A stretch of 64,000 bases of DNA, taken from contig OX597816.1 of NCBI GenBank assembly GCA_951406725.2, forward strand, positions 68,324,001-68,388,000, in the 5' to 3' direction. Positions within the stretch are counted from its first letter, which is position 1. Every line of letters starts with the position of its first letter. Positions 1-13,359 of this stretch are shown here, in pieces. The notes beneath the pieces were generated by a model. The model did not search any database and was not told the DNA's origin. It saw only the letters and a program-made list of their open reading frames with translations. The position numbers were made by a program, and so were the translations under genes. Source of the stretch: Octopus vulgaris. Its lineage: Eukaryota.

Positions 1-214
1 TAAGTTCTTATAATTGACTCGACAGAAGTATATCAATTTTTTCCATCGTTCCCATCGGATAAAGTTATCAAACAAGTGCTAATGATTCTTTAAGTTCCAG
101 TTATAGAGCCTGCTTATCTATATATTTGTACTAATTCATAATTTCAAACAGATACGCTTAAACGATGTGTCCCTCAATGCCTTATCTTTCCTAGTTTCCT
201 CTTTTACACACACA

Positions 215-865
215 TACAAGCTGCGATGGATAAATTGTCGCCATTTTACATTTTTAATTTTGTGCATGCGCTTGTTTGTTTTTGATTTTGTCGACTATAC
301 AGTATAGTAGGGTCAGTTGGACACCGTCTATAAGAAAAACAATACCATGACGCAGTTGACTTTGCCAAAAATTTGGAGACGACATGCTGTACTGCTTAGC
401 ATTCCGGCCAGAAGCTCCAACACGAACAACTGTCAGCCCGCTGTGACCCTAAAACATGTACTGAGAGTGATAAAAATCAAACATCCAGTCAATATCATGG
501 TCCTTGGAGTGATCACTAGTGACAGCGTTGTTATGCCTCCATTCACCTTTCCACACGGCCGCCTCACACTCAGCACAGAAGCCTACATCAAGTGCCTAGA
601 GGAGGTAGTGCTGCTCTGGGTCAAGAGGGTGTCTGCTGAGAAACCCTATGTCTGGCAACAGGACTCTACATTATGCCACGTAAGCAGAAGAACCCAGTCA
701 TGGAAGTCAGACAATATCAGCGACCACATCTGCCTACATCTAACATCTGCCTACCTAACTCCTCAGATTGTAACCCACTTCATTAATATATGTGGGGCAC
801 AGTTGAGCGAGAGACCAACAAAACACCTTGTAACACCAAAGATGAACTGAAAGCAAGGATTATGG
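215..865 (+). mobile_element. Decayed Tc1/mariner-superfamily (DD37D/maT-like) transposon, 5' TIR plus catalytic-domain fragment, 3'-truncated
   Basis: TA followed by TIR-like caagctgcgatggataaattgtcgcc. ORF 317-850 contains KHPVNIMVLGVITSD..VMPPFTFP, YIKCLEEVVL and YVWQQDS. A shifted frame reads PNSSDCNPLH*YMWG..DELKARIM, matching the WPPNSPD.NP motif of these transposases. Confidence 0.8.
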
Positions 866-869
866 TTGT

Positions 870-1138
870 AGTAATATTGAAGTAGGGGAATGAAAACAGA
901 CGTGAGATATGCCGGGATATTGCATATACAGTTCCATTATTTACGCAGACTGGTATACATATAAGTTTCCTGTACCTTGTGTGTAAGTTCCAATAGAATA
1001 ACTATTGCTTAACCATTTTCTCGCACCGTCTCTGATGCAGGGATATATAAAATATTCCGGAAACAGCTGTAAGACCTTTTCTTTATAAATGAATGTTCTG
1101 AAATCATTCACAGCCTCGTATTTTTATCTCATTCTGTT
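870..1138 (+). mobile_element. Short non-coding Penelope-terminal-repeat-like element ending at a (TA)n tract
   Basis: Carries a minimal hammerhead motif (1028-1075) and ends directly at the TA microsatellite at about 1140. Left boundary approximate. Confidence 0.5.
1028..1075 (+). ncRNA. Minimal type I hammerhead ribozyme motif (A9>C variant)
   Basis: gtct-CTGATGC-a-gggatat(ataaa)atattcc-g-GAAA-cagctg-TA-agac: stem I gtct/agac, stem II, palindromic stem III, GUA cleavage triplet. Confidence 0.65.
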
Positions 1139-1139
1139 A

Positions 1140-1224
<85 letters not shown>

Positions 1225-1312
1225 TGTGCGCGCGTGCGTGTGTGCGCGCGTGTGTGTGCGTGTGTGTGCGTGCGTGTGTGTGTGTGCGTGTGTGTGTGTG
1301 TGTGTTTGTGTA
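1139..1312. repeat. (TA)n/(TG)n compound microsatellite, representative of dozens across the window
   Basis: Seen directly. Similar tracts at about 4730-4846, 5104-5435, 8597-8745, 10000-10170, 15720-15930, 16360-16480, 24467-24541, 32570-32690, 33190-33330, 39310-39575, 43866-44170, 50590-50990, 59320-59640, 60000-60075, 60415-60860, 61255-61425 and 63555-63614. Confidence 0.98.
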
Positions 1313-1738
1313 CTCATGTGTGTCTGTGATGACGCACTATTATGAATTACAGTACGTGTTTCTCTGATTGCACATCAGTTCAACCTTTTCTTAGCAGAGT
1401 AGTTTCAGTACATGAAACTGTATTTATTGAACAACATATTCAACAAGGACTGGTCAATAGCAAGGGTGTCCTCAGCCATAGTGAAACAGAAATTATTAAT
1501 ATCAATAGAGCAGATAAGAATATGTTAACTTTAAAAATTAAAATGAATGTTCTGAAATTCATTCAAATTGGTTCCTAATATATATAGACATCTATTCTGA
1601 TAATTTAATAAGTATTATATTGATTAATTCATTAAAAAAAAAATTAAATGCCTGAAAGGGAAACCTGCCAAACAAAAATTCTATTTCTCCCGCAGTGAAA
1701 TAGATTAATCTATTATGTTTTATTATCAAATCACTTAC

Positions 1739-1779
1739 CGTTTGATTATCTGGTCTGGCCTGAGATCAATCAACAAACA
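1739..1779 (-). CDS. Candidate small internal exon (41 nt; CLLIDLRPDQIIK in the only open frame), host gene unknown
   Basis: Minus strand: atttttactttattctttcAG|tgtttgttgattgatctcaggccagaccagataatcaaacg|GTaagt. Strong polypyrimidine acceptor and consensus donor, in apparently non-repetitive sequence. Confidence 0.45.
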
Positions 1780-3729
1780 CTGAAAGAATAAAGTAAAAAT
1801 ATATTTCAACTTAGAATGAACAAGCAGACAGGATAATAGCATGGACTCGAACATGTCTTCACACAATCATGAAAATTATTTTCACAATAAATTAATAATT
1901 GACTTGCCTTATTAAATCTTATTTATGGCGACTGCAATAAGTATTTTCCGCACCAAAGACAATATTCCGTTTATTTCAGAGAATAGGGAATTAAAGAAAA
2001 GGAATTTAATGGAAAGAGGCCGAGCTATTGAAGTCAGACGTTAAATGTACTCCAAGAATAATTAGGGATAAGGGACACTAGAAGGATTAATCGATTTCTT
2101 ACTGCAGGATCTAGTATTTTTTTTTAATCCTGAAAAGTGAGTATGTATATAGAGAGTAATGTTCATTGGATTTAACTTGCATTTAACGACATATCAGCGG
2201 TGCTTATTCTGTCAACAGCAGTGTTTTGAAATACAAAGCTAAGTCTGAGATAAGTGGAGAGGAACGGAACTAATTAAAATAATATAGCTATTTCAGCTCT
2301 CTACTACCGGATTAAGCATTCACACCCCTGTGTCTTTCACATCCAGGGATTCATCAAACTAATATTTACGTAGTGTCAAAATATTCTAAAGATAGAAGAT
2401 TTATCTTCTTCGTAATTATCATTCCGAAACGATCCAGCACTTATTTTCCTCCCAAGAAAAGATGACTAAAGATCTTCACACAAAATATCACACTCATATC
2501 AACTGTGAAATAATCCGTAATGTTGATTTGATTTCGAGACACATCATGCAGTTACCAATGGGTTGACCCAATCAATTATTTTATCTTTATTACTATTTTG
2601 CCTTTAGTGTTTCCGATATTTTTTAATAATGATTATTTCATTTGCGTCTATATTGTTATGGTGAAACCTGTTGTGAGCAAAAGAATGCATCCTGGCTACT
2701 GATTCGTTAGAAGCTGTACAATTAGTACATATCTTCATATTAAGTAATTAAATAGGATAAGATAATGATATTAATTGGAAATGCATTTCCCTTCCTTCAG
2801 AATGCATATCTATAGTGAAACAAGATTGTGTTTATCACGTAAACGTCTAATTAATGCATTATAAATTAAGTACTTGTGAGAAAACTTGGCAGCTGTCCCA
2901 ATCATTCCCATCAGAATTATATTAATGCAAGTTTGGAGATAAACACCAAGACGAACATGCACGCATGCACTCTTTCACAGACCATTATTTCTTTTACATA
3001 ACTATGATGGTGGATTAGCAGAAACATTGTGAGTTCTAATCCCACCCAGAATGACTTTTATTTTCATCCCGCCAGAATCTATGAAATAAGCTCCAGTCAT
3101 ATACTGAAGTCGATTCAATCCAATGTAATCCAACTACAAACATTTAATCAAATACCAATGCCGTAAGAAATCTGTATTGATGTTCATTTCAAATAAATTT
3201 CTATTCCATTCCGCTTTCTGTTTGAAATATTGCATTCAAACTATGCATGAGTTCGAATTATAACGCTATCATTGCACTTCTAAAATATATTTAAGATTAA
3301 TAGACGAAATACTAAACGGATTATTTGGAAAATAATAACCTGTGCATAGGGTTTAATGCCGTATTTATTCTATCAATAAAGCTAAGTTGACTTCTACAAG
3401 GCACTTTTCAAAGTTCTTTTATTCCGTATTAAATTCTTACACTATAACGAGAGTGTTTTCGGTGGGATTATTACCTTTGTTACATTCTCAAGGAAACACG
3501 TCATATTTTAAGAAAAGGATTATGATTTATGGCATTTGTAAAAGTATTAGAGACAAAGATCGAAAATGCTTTACAGAATTCAATCGAGAAGGGCTTACAT
3601 CTTATTTGACGGTGCTCGTCTTCGTTTATCTCTATATTGAATATTAAAGAATCTTAGGACTTGATAAAGCAATTGTTTTTGATAAGAACCTCCTCCGCCA
3701 TTTCAATTAATTCACATATATGTACGTTA

Positions 3730-3905
3730 CATATGTTCACAGCACCAAACTTCTTGAAAAGTAACTGGTTTTATGTCAGCGTAGTAAACATTGAAGCTGG
3801 AGACTTACTATAGAAAGTAGTGGATAACATAGATATTGGTGAATTCTATAAATATTAGTGAATGCTAGAGACATAGACCAGTTATATACGAGTAGAGATG
3901 AGATG
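3730..3905 (+). mobile_element. Possible highly decayed R4/Dong-like non-LTR RT fragment
   Basis: Peptides VVDNIDIGEFYKY and ARDIDQLYTSR resemble the YKYLG and DIDRLYVSR motifs of such elements. Weak. Confidence 0.3.
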
Positions 3906-4482
3906 AGATTCAATAGAGTTTTAGAGAGAGAAGAGTCTCTACAGAAACAAGTGAGTAATATAAAGACGATTCCAACAGTGACAAAATGGGAAGATGAATA
4001 CCCGAAATTGAGAACAGAGGTGAGTATTATGTATTACTGTGTGAATATACAGAATAGTAACAGCGCAGTATTTTCTTCGTCTGTCTGTCTCTTTCACTTT
4101 CGCTCTTTCTCCCTCCCCTCTCTCGCTTTCTCTTTCTCTTCCCTCTCTCTATATATACATATATACAAAATCACACACATATGAAGAGAGAGAGAGAGAG
4201 AGAGGGTGAGAAAGAGAGAAAGGGGAAGAGAGAGAGAGAAAGAGAGAAAGTGAGAGAGATTTTATATATAATTTATATTATGTATATTGTATGTATAAGA
4301 ATTTGTGTGTGCGTGTGCGCATGTGCAATTTGTTTCCATGTATGCCGATTCTGTAGCTTCATGGATATATGAATGCGTATAGTTAGTCTTTGACACTTTA
4401 TAGATGACATTCAAACCATAACTGATAATATCCCGGGAGTGTATTTTGCGCAATGATATATATATATATGTATCTATATATA

Positions 4483-4729
4483 CAGTAATCCCCACGCCGT
4501 ATCGCGGTTCACCTATCGCGGTTCACCTATCGCGGTTCACCTATCGAGATTATTATTTAAGCTTACGTCAATTCATCCGTGATGTTGCTTTGTATTTATA
4601 AAAAATAAATATAATATAAATTATAAAATGATAAAAAATATACAGTACACTACTGTTTCTATTCCGCGGATTTTCACCTATCGCAGAGGGTTTTGGCACG
4701 TAACACCCTCGGTAGTCGACGGATTACTG
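4483..4729. mobile_element. pogo/Tigger-type MITE
   Basis: Terminal inverted repeats ta-CAGTAATCC ... GGATTACTG. Internal tandem tatcgcggttcacc x3, with an imperfect copy near the right end. Confidence 0.75.
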
Positions 4730-4731
4730 CA

Positions 4732-4850
<119 letters not shown>

Positions 4851-4914
4851 GCACACAAACACACACATGTGAGTCTTCGTGTGTATATATATTTATCACT
4901 CTCTCTCTCTCCCA

Positions 4915-4984
<70 letters not shown>

Positions 4985-5102
4985 TAAAACTGAAGGACAC
5001 TGCTTCTGTGATACTGAGAAGGGAATATATTCAAAAAATGATAATTAACTGATCCTCTTGCATTTTCTTCTACCCAAGCCAGGACATTTTCAGCATACCC
5101 GC

Positions 5103-5202
<100 letters not shown>

Positions 5203-5329
5203 ACCATATATTCATATTAAAACATGTAAATGTATGCACGCATATATATCTATGCGGACGTGAACGTATATATACATACATACATGCATGCATACATACA
5301 TACATACATACATACATACATACATACAT

Positions 5330-5404
<75 letters not shown>

Positions 5405-7201
5405 CATACAAACACACACAAGCATACACACACATATAGGCATTACATATATCACAAAAGAAATGGTTCGTGAAACCTCTCGTCTTTTATTCACGAAGGG
5501 AATTTCGATTAAATATAATTCCATTTTCTTCTTTTCTCCTTTCATTGAAAAGATAGGGAAATGGTTTATATTGAGCGGAAATTTTAAGATTATATTATAG
5601 AATAGTAGTGTAATTTCTTCATAGAAATTTCCAGTTTTGAGTGAATGTGTTGTATACAGAAAGATAAGAATAAATTATGCAGAAAAAAATGTGTATTGAA
5701 TAATAATATAAGAAATAAAAGAACTACTTATATAATAACGTACCGATATTTCCTTTGAATTCTAAAAATCTATAGGTACCAATGTAAAGGTTATGAGAAC
5801 CGTTCCAAATCTCTAGTGAATCGCCTTCGTCATTCTCATTTCAATATCTGTTTCTTTACGAGTGTATACAGATTTCACATTTTCATACGTTTTCATGTAT
5901 GCAAGCATGCATACTTTCATACATAGATACATGGATATATCAAAACACTGACACATATAAATGTATATCCGTGCATGTGTGCTCGTGTGCTTGCAGGTAT
6001 GTGTGTGCGAGTGTGTGTGTACATTCATAAATATGTATACATACATACATATACAGGCATACATATACAAGCATATAAATATATGAATTAAGATTCAGTT
6101 GAATTAGGTACTTAGGTTGAAGCACGAAGTCAGACCGCTATTATCCGCACAGATCGAAGTAACGTGAATAAAATCAAAATATACAACAGGATATCACGTA
6201 GTAATGCGGTAGTATATTCTTAGCTACAATAGCGACAACATGAATTTCTTCCATCTTCTCACTCCGTTAAAATATTTAAGAAAAATTATATCAATGTGTT
6301 CTATATGTTAAGATTCCATTTATTTATTTGTGCCGCCGAAGATAGCACTGCATTCAAATTGATGTAATTATTGCATTATTCAATTAAATTGATCCGCTTG
6401 AAACGGTCGTATACAACTGTATACATCTCTATATATAATATACATATATAAATACATATATGCAGTCGTCAGATTTAAAATTATTCCAACACATCTTCAG
6501 GTTCTTTTTCAAAATATTATATATCTAATTTTACATCCCCTTTAAAAAAAAAAGCAATACAATTACGCATTAAAGATTAAAGATTAAGAATTAAAAATAA
6601 AAAATAAAAATTATACCTAGTAATATTAGGAAATAAAGAGTACTTGTTTCACAACCATTCGGTTGAAATGACGATAAATTGATAGACCACCAGATTACCT
6701 TTTGGTCTTTGATGTTTGTACTTAAAGATCCATTTACAATCTTCCAAATGCTGTATTCACTGATCCAGTTCTGTGTTTCACATGCTTTTTCGAAGCATAT
6801 TTTGGGAAAGAATACTTCCAAAATAGGGAGTGTAGTTAGTGACAGTTTTATCAGAGATAATTATGCTTAAATCAGAGAGGTGACCGTCAGTATGGGCGAG
6901 GAATTTAGTCTTCGTGATATTCACTGGGAACGCGAAGCGTTAATGATCAATGGGGTAGTTTCTTAACTGATTCCTGGAGTTTTTGATGCATTTAACAGTG
7001 TTAATGCATTTAATAGTGTTATCTATCCTCTACAGTACCGAGATATATTGAATTTTGATAAATCAATGAGATCGAAATCTGACTGTGAAATAGTATCTGA
7101 TGTCAGTACCTGGGTCGTCTGCCGGAAGTTTTAAAATCCTCGCAGAAAAGTCTAGGTGCAGAAACGCAACAGCGCTTCAGCAGTTAGACACATACACACA
7201 T

Positions 7202-7248
<47 letters not shown>

Positions 7249-7924
7249 CACAAATACACACAAATACACAAACACGCGCGCATGCACGTGCACACACACG
7301 CTATGCAAAAACCATGATTTTGAATAACTTTTTACTGAGTAACAAATAAATGTGTATAAACAGATTTATGATTCCTGCTTTTCCTATTTGTTCTTTGAAA
7401 CTGATGTTATCTCTCTATCTATCCATCCATCTATCTATATACATACATACATATTCACACACTCACACACACAAACACACACACACACATATAAAATACA
7501 TATGTATGTAAGTGTGTATGCGTGTGCATAATGTGGTTATGCGAGTGCACACATTCAAGTACACACCAACATAAATACCAATGTGCTGATGCCATCAGCT
7601 TGCATGTACACACATACACACACAATAGGCACAATAGATACCCTTGTATATGCAATATATATGCACATTCACGCTCTCCTGAATGTATGTATGTGTACGT
7701 GTGTGTGTATGTTTGTGTGTTAAATATTTTTAAAGCCGAAACAATGCAAATCATAAAAAGTAATAAAACAGGTCGATGTCTCGTACTACTAACAGGAATT
7801 TCAATAACCCAGAGTTAGGACCGCTCCTTCAGGAAATTAACGGGGAGAAGTCTTTGATAGTTAATGTTGCCGCACTGTAGCATGAGTACGTGCATGTATG
7901 TATATATATATATATATATAAAAA

Positions 7925-8283
7925 TAACAAAGGGTAAAATTAATTAATTAACTAGTAATCAATAATTTCACCAAGTAGAATTCGGCATGAAAAAAGACCA
8001 TTTCTCGGTAAATTTAAGTAGTACTTTATAATTAGGGTTCAGCAAAGATTTGCTTTACCACATACCGAAGTTTAGAAATAGCAGCCAAAGAACCTTAGCT
8101 ATTTCCTCTAATTTTAAAAAAAGCTCCCGGACAGAAACAAAGTACACGAAAACAGTACTTATTTTCGAGTACTTTGTTTCTGTCCGGGAGCTTCCTTTTA
8201 AAGTAGAGGAAATAGCTAAGATTCTTTGGCTGCTATTTCTAAACTTCGGTATGTGGTAAAGCAAATCTTTGCTGAAACCTAAT
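7925..8283. repeat. Fold-back element between (TA)n tracts with about 120-bp near-perfect inverted arms (8031-8283)
   Basis: attagggttcagcaaagatttgctttaccacataccgaag... is mirrored by ...cttcggtatgtggtaaagcaaatctttgctgaaacctaat. Homologous to 26041-26430 and 59795-60007. Confidence 0.9.
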
Positions 8284-8289
8284 GATATA

Positions 8290-8359
<70 letters not shown>

Positions 8360-8417
8360 ATATACGAATGAGTGGACAAACGAAAGAAGGGCACTCAACC
8401 AATATATTGGGAGTTAC

Positions 8418-8590
8418 ATGTATGGATCAAAACAGTTTGATTTAAACTCGTTGGTATTCTTGAGCTTCAAGCGCGATGCTAGTCGTCAGCCATTTTGAAT
8501 TTCAAATTCAAAATGGCTGACGACTAGGATTACGCTTGAAACGCAAGAGTAGCAACGAATTAGAATCAAACTGTGCTGATCCATATACAT
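8418..8590. repeat. Imperfect palindrome of about 170 bp
   Basis: Centre ...ctagtcgtcagccattttgaattt-c-aaattcaaaatggctgacgactag..., with arms extending to tatggatca/tgatccata. Confidence 0.85.
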
Positions 8591-8620
8591 ACATAATACA
8601 CACACACACACACACACACG

Positions 8621-8744
<124 letters not shown>

Positions 8745-9074
8745 CATACATACACATAGGCACACACACAGACACACATATCTATGTGATTGCAAGCTGT
8801 CCACTTTACCTAATTTAAGCTTACTGAATGTTGCTGACGAACAATACCTTTCTTTCATTACAAATTTCTGCACGTCGATCCAGATCGAAACCGTAAGCCC
8901 TTTACGTTATATATTGTTCGCTGCAAAATATTTTATAATTGCAAAGCAATTCATGTTACTTGTCTCTGATGCTACAGTATCATTATTTATTATTTGTAGA
9001 TACTGCAAATAGTCATTCACCTTATGTTGAAAGTGAAGCCAGTGGCGATGGTGATAATAAGACGAACAGCGGCA

Positions 9075-9540
9075 GTACATTAGAATCCAAAATGGACATT
9101 GTAAAGTGAAATGAAAACGTGAGAAAATGATAAACGTAGCATGTGTTTAAAACATGAAACGTCCCACTGCTGTAACAAGTCTAAAGTACAAAGAATGCTT
9201 TATACAGCGATGGGAAAATTGCGGTATCAACACATACATTGCACGATAATTAGTAAGAAATGAAACTCACTGATTAGGAGAGATAGAAAATGTACTGGCT
9301 GTATGGATGGACGACAATAGTGCCGCGAGCCTATAAATCTTTTATTTAATCCAGCGGAAGGTTGCAATTATCTTTGAAGATTTAAGTGCTGAATATGTTC
9401 AGTATATTGGTGAATAAACGTTTACTGGTAATCATGGATGGTTGCACAGATTTAAGGCTTGCTCAGCGTGCGCAATATAAAGGGGAATTGAGAGACGACG
9501 AGGTTTGACGAAGAAGTAGAATCGGAGCTTTCTAAATTAT
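9075..9540 (+). mobile_element. Decayed pogo/Tigger transposase N-terminus (psq and CENP-B-type HTH)
   Basis: Frameshifted peptides TLESKMDIVK, EIENVLAVWMDD, LIQRKVAIIFEDL and TFTGNHGWLHRFKA (F.AS.GW..RFK motif). Confidence 0.75.
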
Positions 9541-9993
9541 TGTGGCTGTGTGGTAAGAAGCTGACTTCCCAACCACACGGTTCCGGGTTCAGTCCCAATA
9601 CTTCAGTGGGACTAGAAGTATTGAAGAATTGAATTTAGTAGCTGATAAATAGATAAATGAATTAGAAAGGAACTACTATGGACCTATAGTGCTTAGCTAC
9701 ATGACTAAGTGTTAAATGGCAACTGCAACACGTACTTAGCAATATTTGAATAATCTACTGAATAAACTCGCGCATTTAATATTTTATTTTACTATTTAGA
9801 CTGTGTGGTATTTCACTGAAGTCTTGTTCACACTCTCACAACCCTGCTATACTGGCATTCATGCCTGCTCACGTACACGCTCACACTCTCACGTAGGTGT
9901 ATGATATATCTAATATATTTATAAATGTGCAAGAGTATGAAAGGGTATATACCCTTCAGCATACACGTTTTACACTTTCCCACCTATATATTA

Positions 9994-10111
<118 letters not shown>

Positions 10112-11629
10112 GTGTGTGTGTGTGTGTTTGTATGTGTATATATATATATGTATATGTATGTATATATAGATATATACATATTTATGTAATACAAAACTGT
10201 GTACATAATACATATGCAAGCACACACTATATATGTATAGAGATAGAGATACACATGTATATACACGAACATACTCGAATGCACACACACATATGTATGC
10301 ATAGAATATATATATGTGTTTATACACATATTTATATAAAAAACAGAAATATGTATATATATATATGCCAACATACACATATACACATATGTAATTAAGT
10401 ATATATGTACATACACATTTCTGTGTAGGAGGTAATACTAGAAGACAAGAATACATAATAAGTTAGTAAATTAACAAAAGTATAAGGAAAATACATATGA
10501 GTTAGGAATGGCGGAAAGCAAATGGAAAAAAAATATATAGAAATTGAGGAAAAGAATTCTGAGAAAGTAATAAATGATTAAAGGTAGAAGGTTGTAGAAT
10601 CAAGAAAGAAAATACAATAGGAAGTAAATCTGAGAATTTGCACAGAAAAGGACAGAAAAAGAGGCAGACATGACAAAAATAGTTGAGAATATAACGAGAA
10701 GAATTAAAGCATAAAAATGATAGGGAATAGTGTGGAAAAAATAGACAAAAGAAAAGATAATGGAAATAGAGAAAGAAAAAGACGATGAAAGATAGTAATA
10801 AATGTTATGTGGTAAAAGAACACAAAAGATTAAATAAATATAGTGAGAAAGCTGGGAATAACGAATTCTCTAGAAAAAAAAAAGCGGGAATAAGATATGT
10901 ATAGAAATAAATATAAAGAGCATAGAGTTAAAAATAAGACATGCCTTAAGCCGTCATCTCGCTTCCACGAGGGATCTAGACAGTTCAATCCACACGAGGC
11001 GAAGAAGTGGGGTAGCGAACTCCAGGAGTATGTGTGATGAAGATACATATTTTTTGCGTATTTAGCACGGCTGTTAATTATGGTATTGCTGGGAGCGGTG
11101 GAGTTTACCTAATTTTGGCTCCGGGCGCTGAGAACCGATGCTATGCCATCGTTCATCTCTTGGGTTTTTTTTAAAAATCTAAATCAGTCATACTCAATTT
11201 TCCTTTTTTTATATTTATACCTTCAGCTTGTTCTTGTTCCATTTCGTCAATTAAAAACTTGCAAATATTTAGGCTACAAACTGACCCATACCGCTGACGA
11301 GTATCTTTATATGCTCTAATTCATTGTGATTCTCAGTTCAAGCTTCCAACAAGGTCAGCTTTGCATCTCACTGTTTCGAGGACGATGAATTAACGTACCA
11401 TTCATGTACTGGTGTAATGGGCTACTCTCTTCAAATCAAATTTGATGGCATTGTTTTCATCTGAAACTCTCTTGACGTATTTTTTCTTATTTACAATGGC
11501 GTACACATATGTATGTATGTATGCATGTATGTATGTATGTATGTATGTATGTATGTATGTATGTATGTATGTATGTATGTGTGTATAGTATATTTATTTA
11601 TATATATGCATATATACATGCACACATAT

Positions 11630-12200
11630 GTAGATCCCAAGAGTGTAGTGTAGATCATCGGAAAGACTTGTAATAATTCGAAAATCGATAGAAAAAATAC
11701 AATGAAATTGCGATGGAAGTAGAAACTAGAACGTTTCGGGTACATAGTCCTTCTTGCGGAAGAATTTGACAAAACGGGAATAGAAGAACGACAGTCTTGC
11801 ATCAAGTATGTTTGATAAAATGGCTGCAACTGACGAGGAACGCAAGATAACGAGAGCTTCATACGTAGACAGGAAGTAGTAGGAAAAATTAGTGAAGTGA
11901 AAGAGGTAGAAGGACAGTGAAATGACATGGGAAAGAGAAGTGTGTGAGGTTGAGAGTGAGGTGAAGGAAAAACTAAGGTGAGAGGGAAGTTGAAAGTTAA
12001 GAGAGAAATTACTGAATTAAGAGGAGGTGTAGGAGTAGAAAGAAAGACTTTCATTTGAACCCGTCGCTGACATGATAGCGAGGCTTGTAAATGAAAATTA
12101 GTTTCTTTCGTTTGCTTCAGTATGCGGATCCAAGTTGTACAAAAATGCCGCACACTGATAAGGAGTAATGGAATAGCTGTTTTGTGGAAGTGTGTACAAC
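11630..12200 (-). mobile_element. Decayed Penelope-like element 3' end (GIY-YIG C-terminus plus terminal repeat)
   Basis: Minus-strand peptide SLSVCGIFVQLGSAY*SKRKKLIF resembles the PLE endonuclease C-terminus. It is followed by a pyrimidine-rich tract and a degenerate hammerhead-like aaga-a-gg..cc-cgaaacgtt at about 11730-11758. Confidence 0.45.
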
Positions 12201-12942
12201 CTGTTTGGCTAGGTGCACATTGTTTTTCTGTACTTCTTTCACTTCTTTCTTGTTAGCTTCACCTTGCAGAAGGTCTCTGTCCGAAACGCTGGATTTTCCA
12301 TTCAGCACAGCAATTTCAATGTGTGCTCTCTGTCGAATTAAAAACACTCATGCACACACAATACCCGCATAACAGCTTTCTACATATACGTAGCTGCCTG
12401 TTACTAATATAAGTAATACTTCTCAGCGAAAAAATATACAATTATGAAATATAGCATGATGAACTATGTGGATTATATAATATAGTATATAATTTGGGTA
12501 TGAAATATTTACCTCTTGCTTTGTAAACTGTACCACCAGGACGTAAATTTATTCAGTTTTTGAAACTCACTGGCGCATGGGATCTAATTTCACAGAGAAG
12601 TAAATTATACGTCAGAAAAAAGTGGTATCAGCTGGATTAATTTGAAACTCTGTGTTCTAATTTCATCAGCAGTAGTGTACCTTTGTAAAATGTGCAAATC
12701 AGAAGCCGTTATTGAACCAGATTTGTCAATACTTTGAGTACATAAATTGCATCGATTCACATATGCTACTTAATCTTGACAACAGTTCAAATGATGCATA
12801 ACTGGTGCTTTAACAGTGTTTTGTTTCATTGGTATATCTATTGTACAATAGATTGCTATCCAGCGTTATGTATAACAGACTCATGTAAAACATGTGTTCA
12901 ATATAGTGTATACCACCCCAATATATATATGTATATATGTAA

Positions 12943-12989
<47 letters not shown>

Positions 12990-12996
12990 TATACAC

Positions 12997-13072
12997 GAGC
13001 ATTAAACTAATACATCTGTTTGTTGTCTACACCACCTGACTTCGTCTTTTGCTTCTTTGTGAATTCCCCCTA
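12997..13072 (+). repeat. 3' fragment of the hammerhead-bearing element family seen at 42540-42695
   Basis: gagcattaaactaatacatctgtttgttgtctacaccacctgacttcgtctttt aligns with gagcgttatactaatacatctatttgttttgtacaccacctatcttcgcctttg. Flanked by (TA)n. Confidence 0.7.
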
Positions 13073-13081
13073 CATATGTAT

Positions 13082-13147
<66 letters not shown>

Positions 13148-13359
13148 ATATATATCTACAAACACACACTCACACACATATACAGACTCACACACTCATA
13201 ATCCAAGGCGTTGCAGATATAATACCATAGATAGGACGTGACTGTATACCCAGTAGAGATAAGAATTTTTTTATTTGGTGCCTACACATTCAGGTCATCC
13301 ATACTTTAATGAACGTGTTTAGGCTGTTTGGGAATAAAGTGGTGGGGGAAATATGAGCA

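Noticed and set aside
3858-4184. 108-aa ORF with a good donor-like site (GAG|GTGAGT at about 4020)
   Set aside because: No convincing acceptor. The N-terminal part resembles a decayed retroelement motif and the C-terminal part runs into low-complexity sequence.
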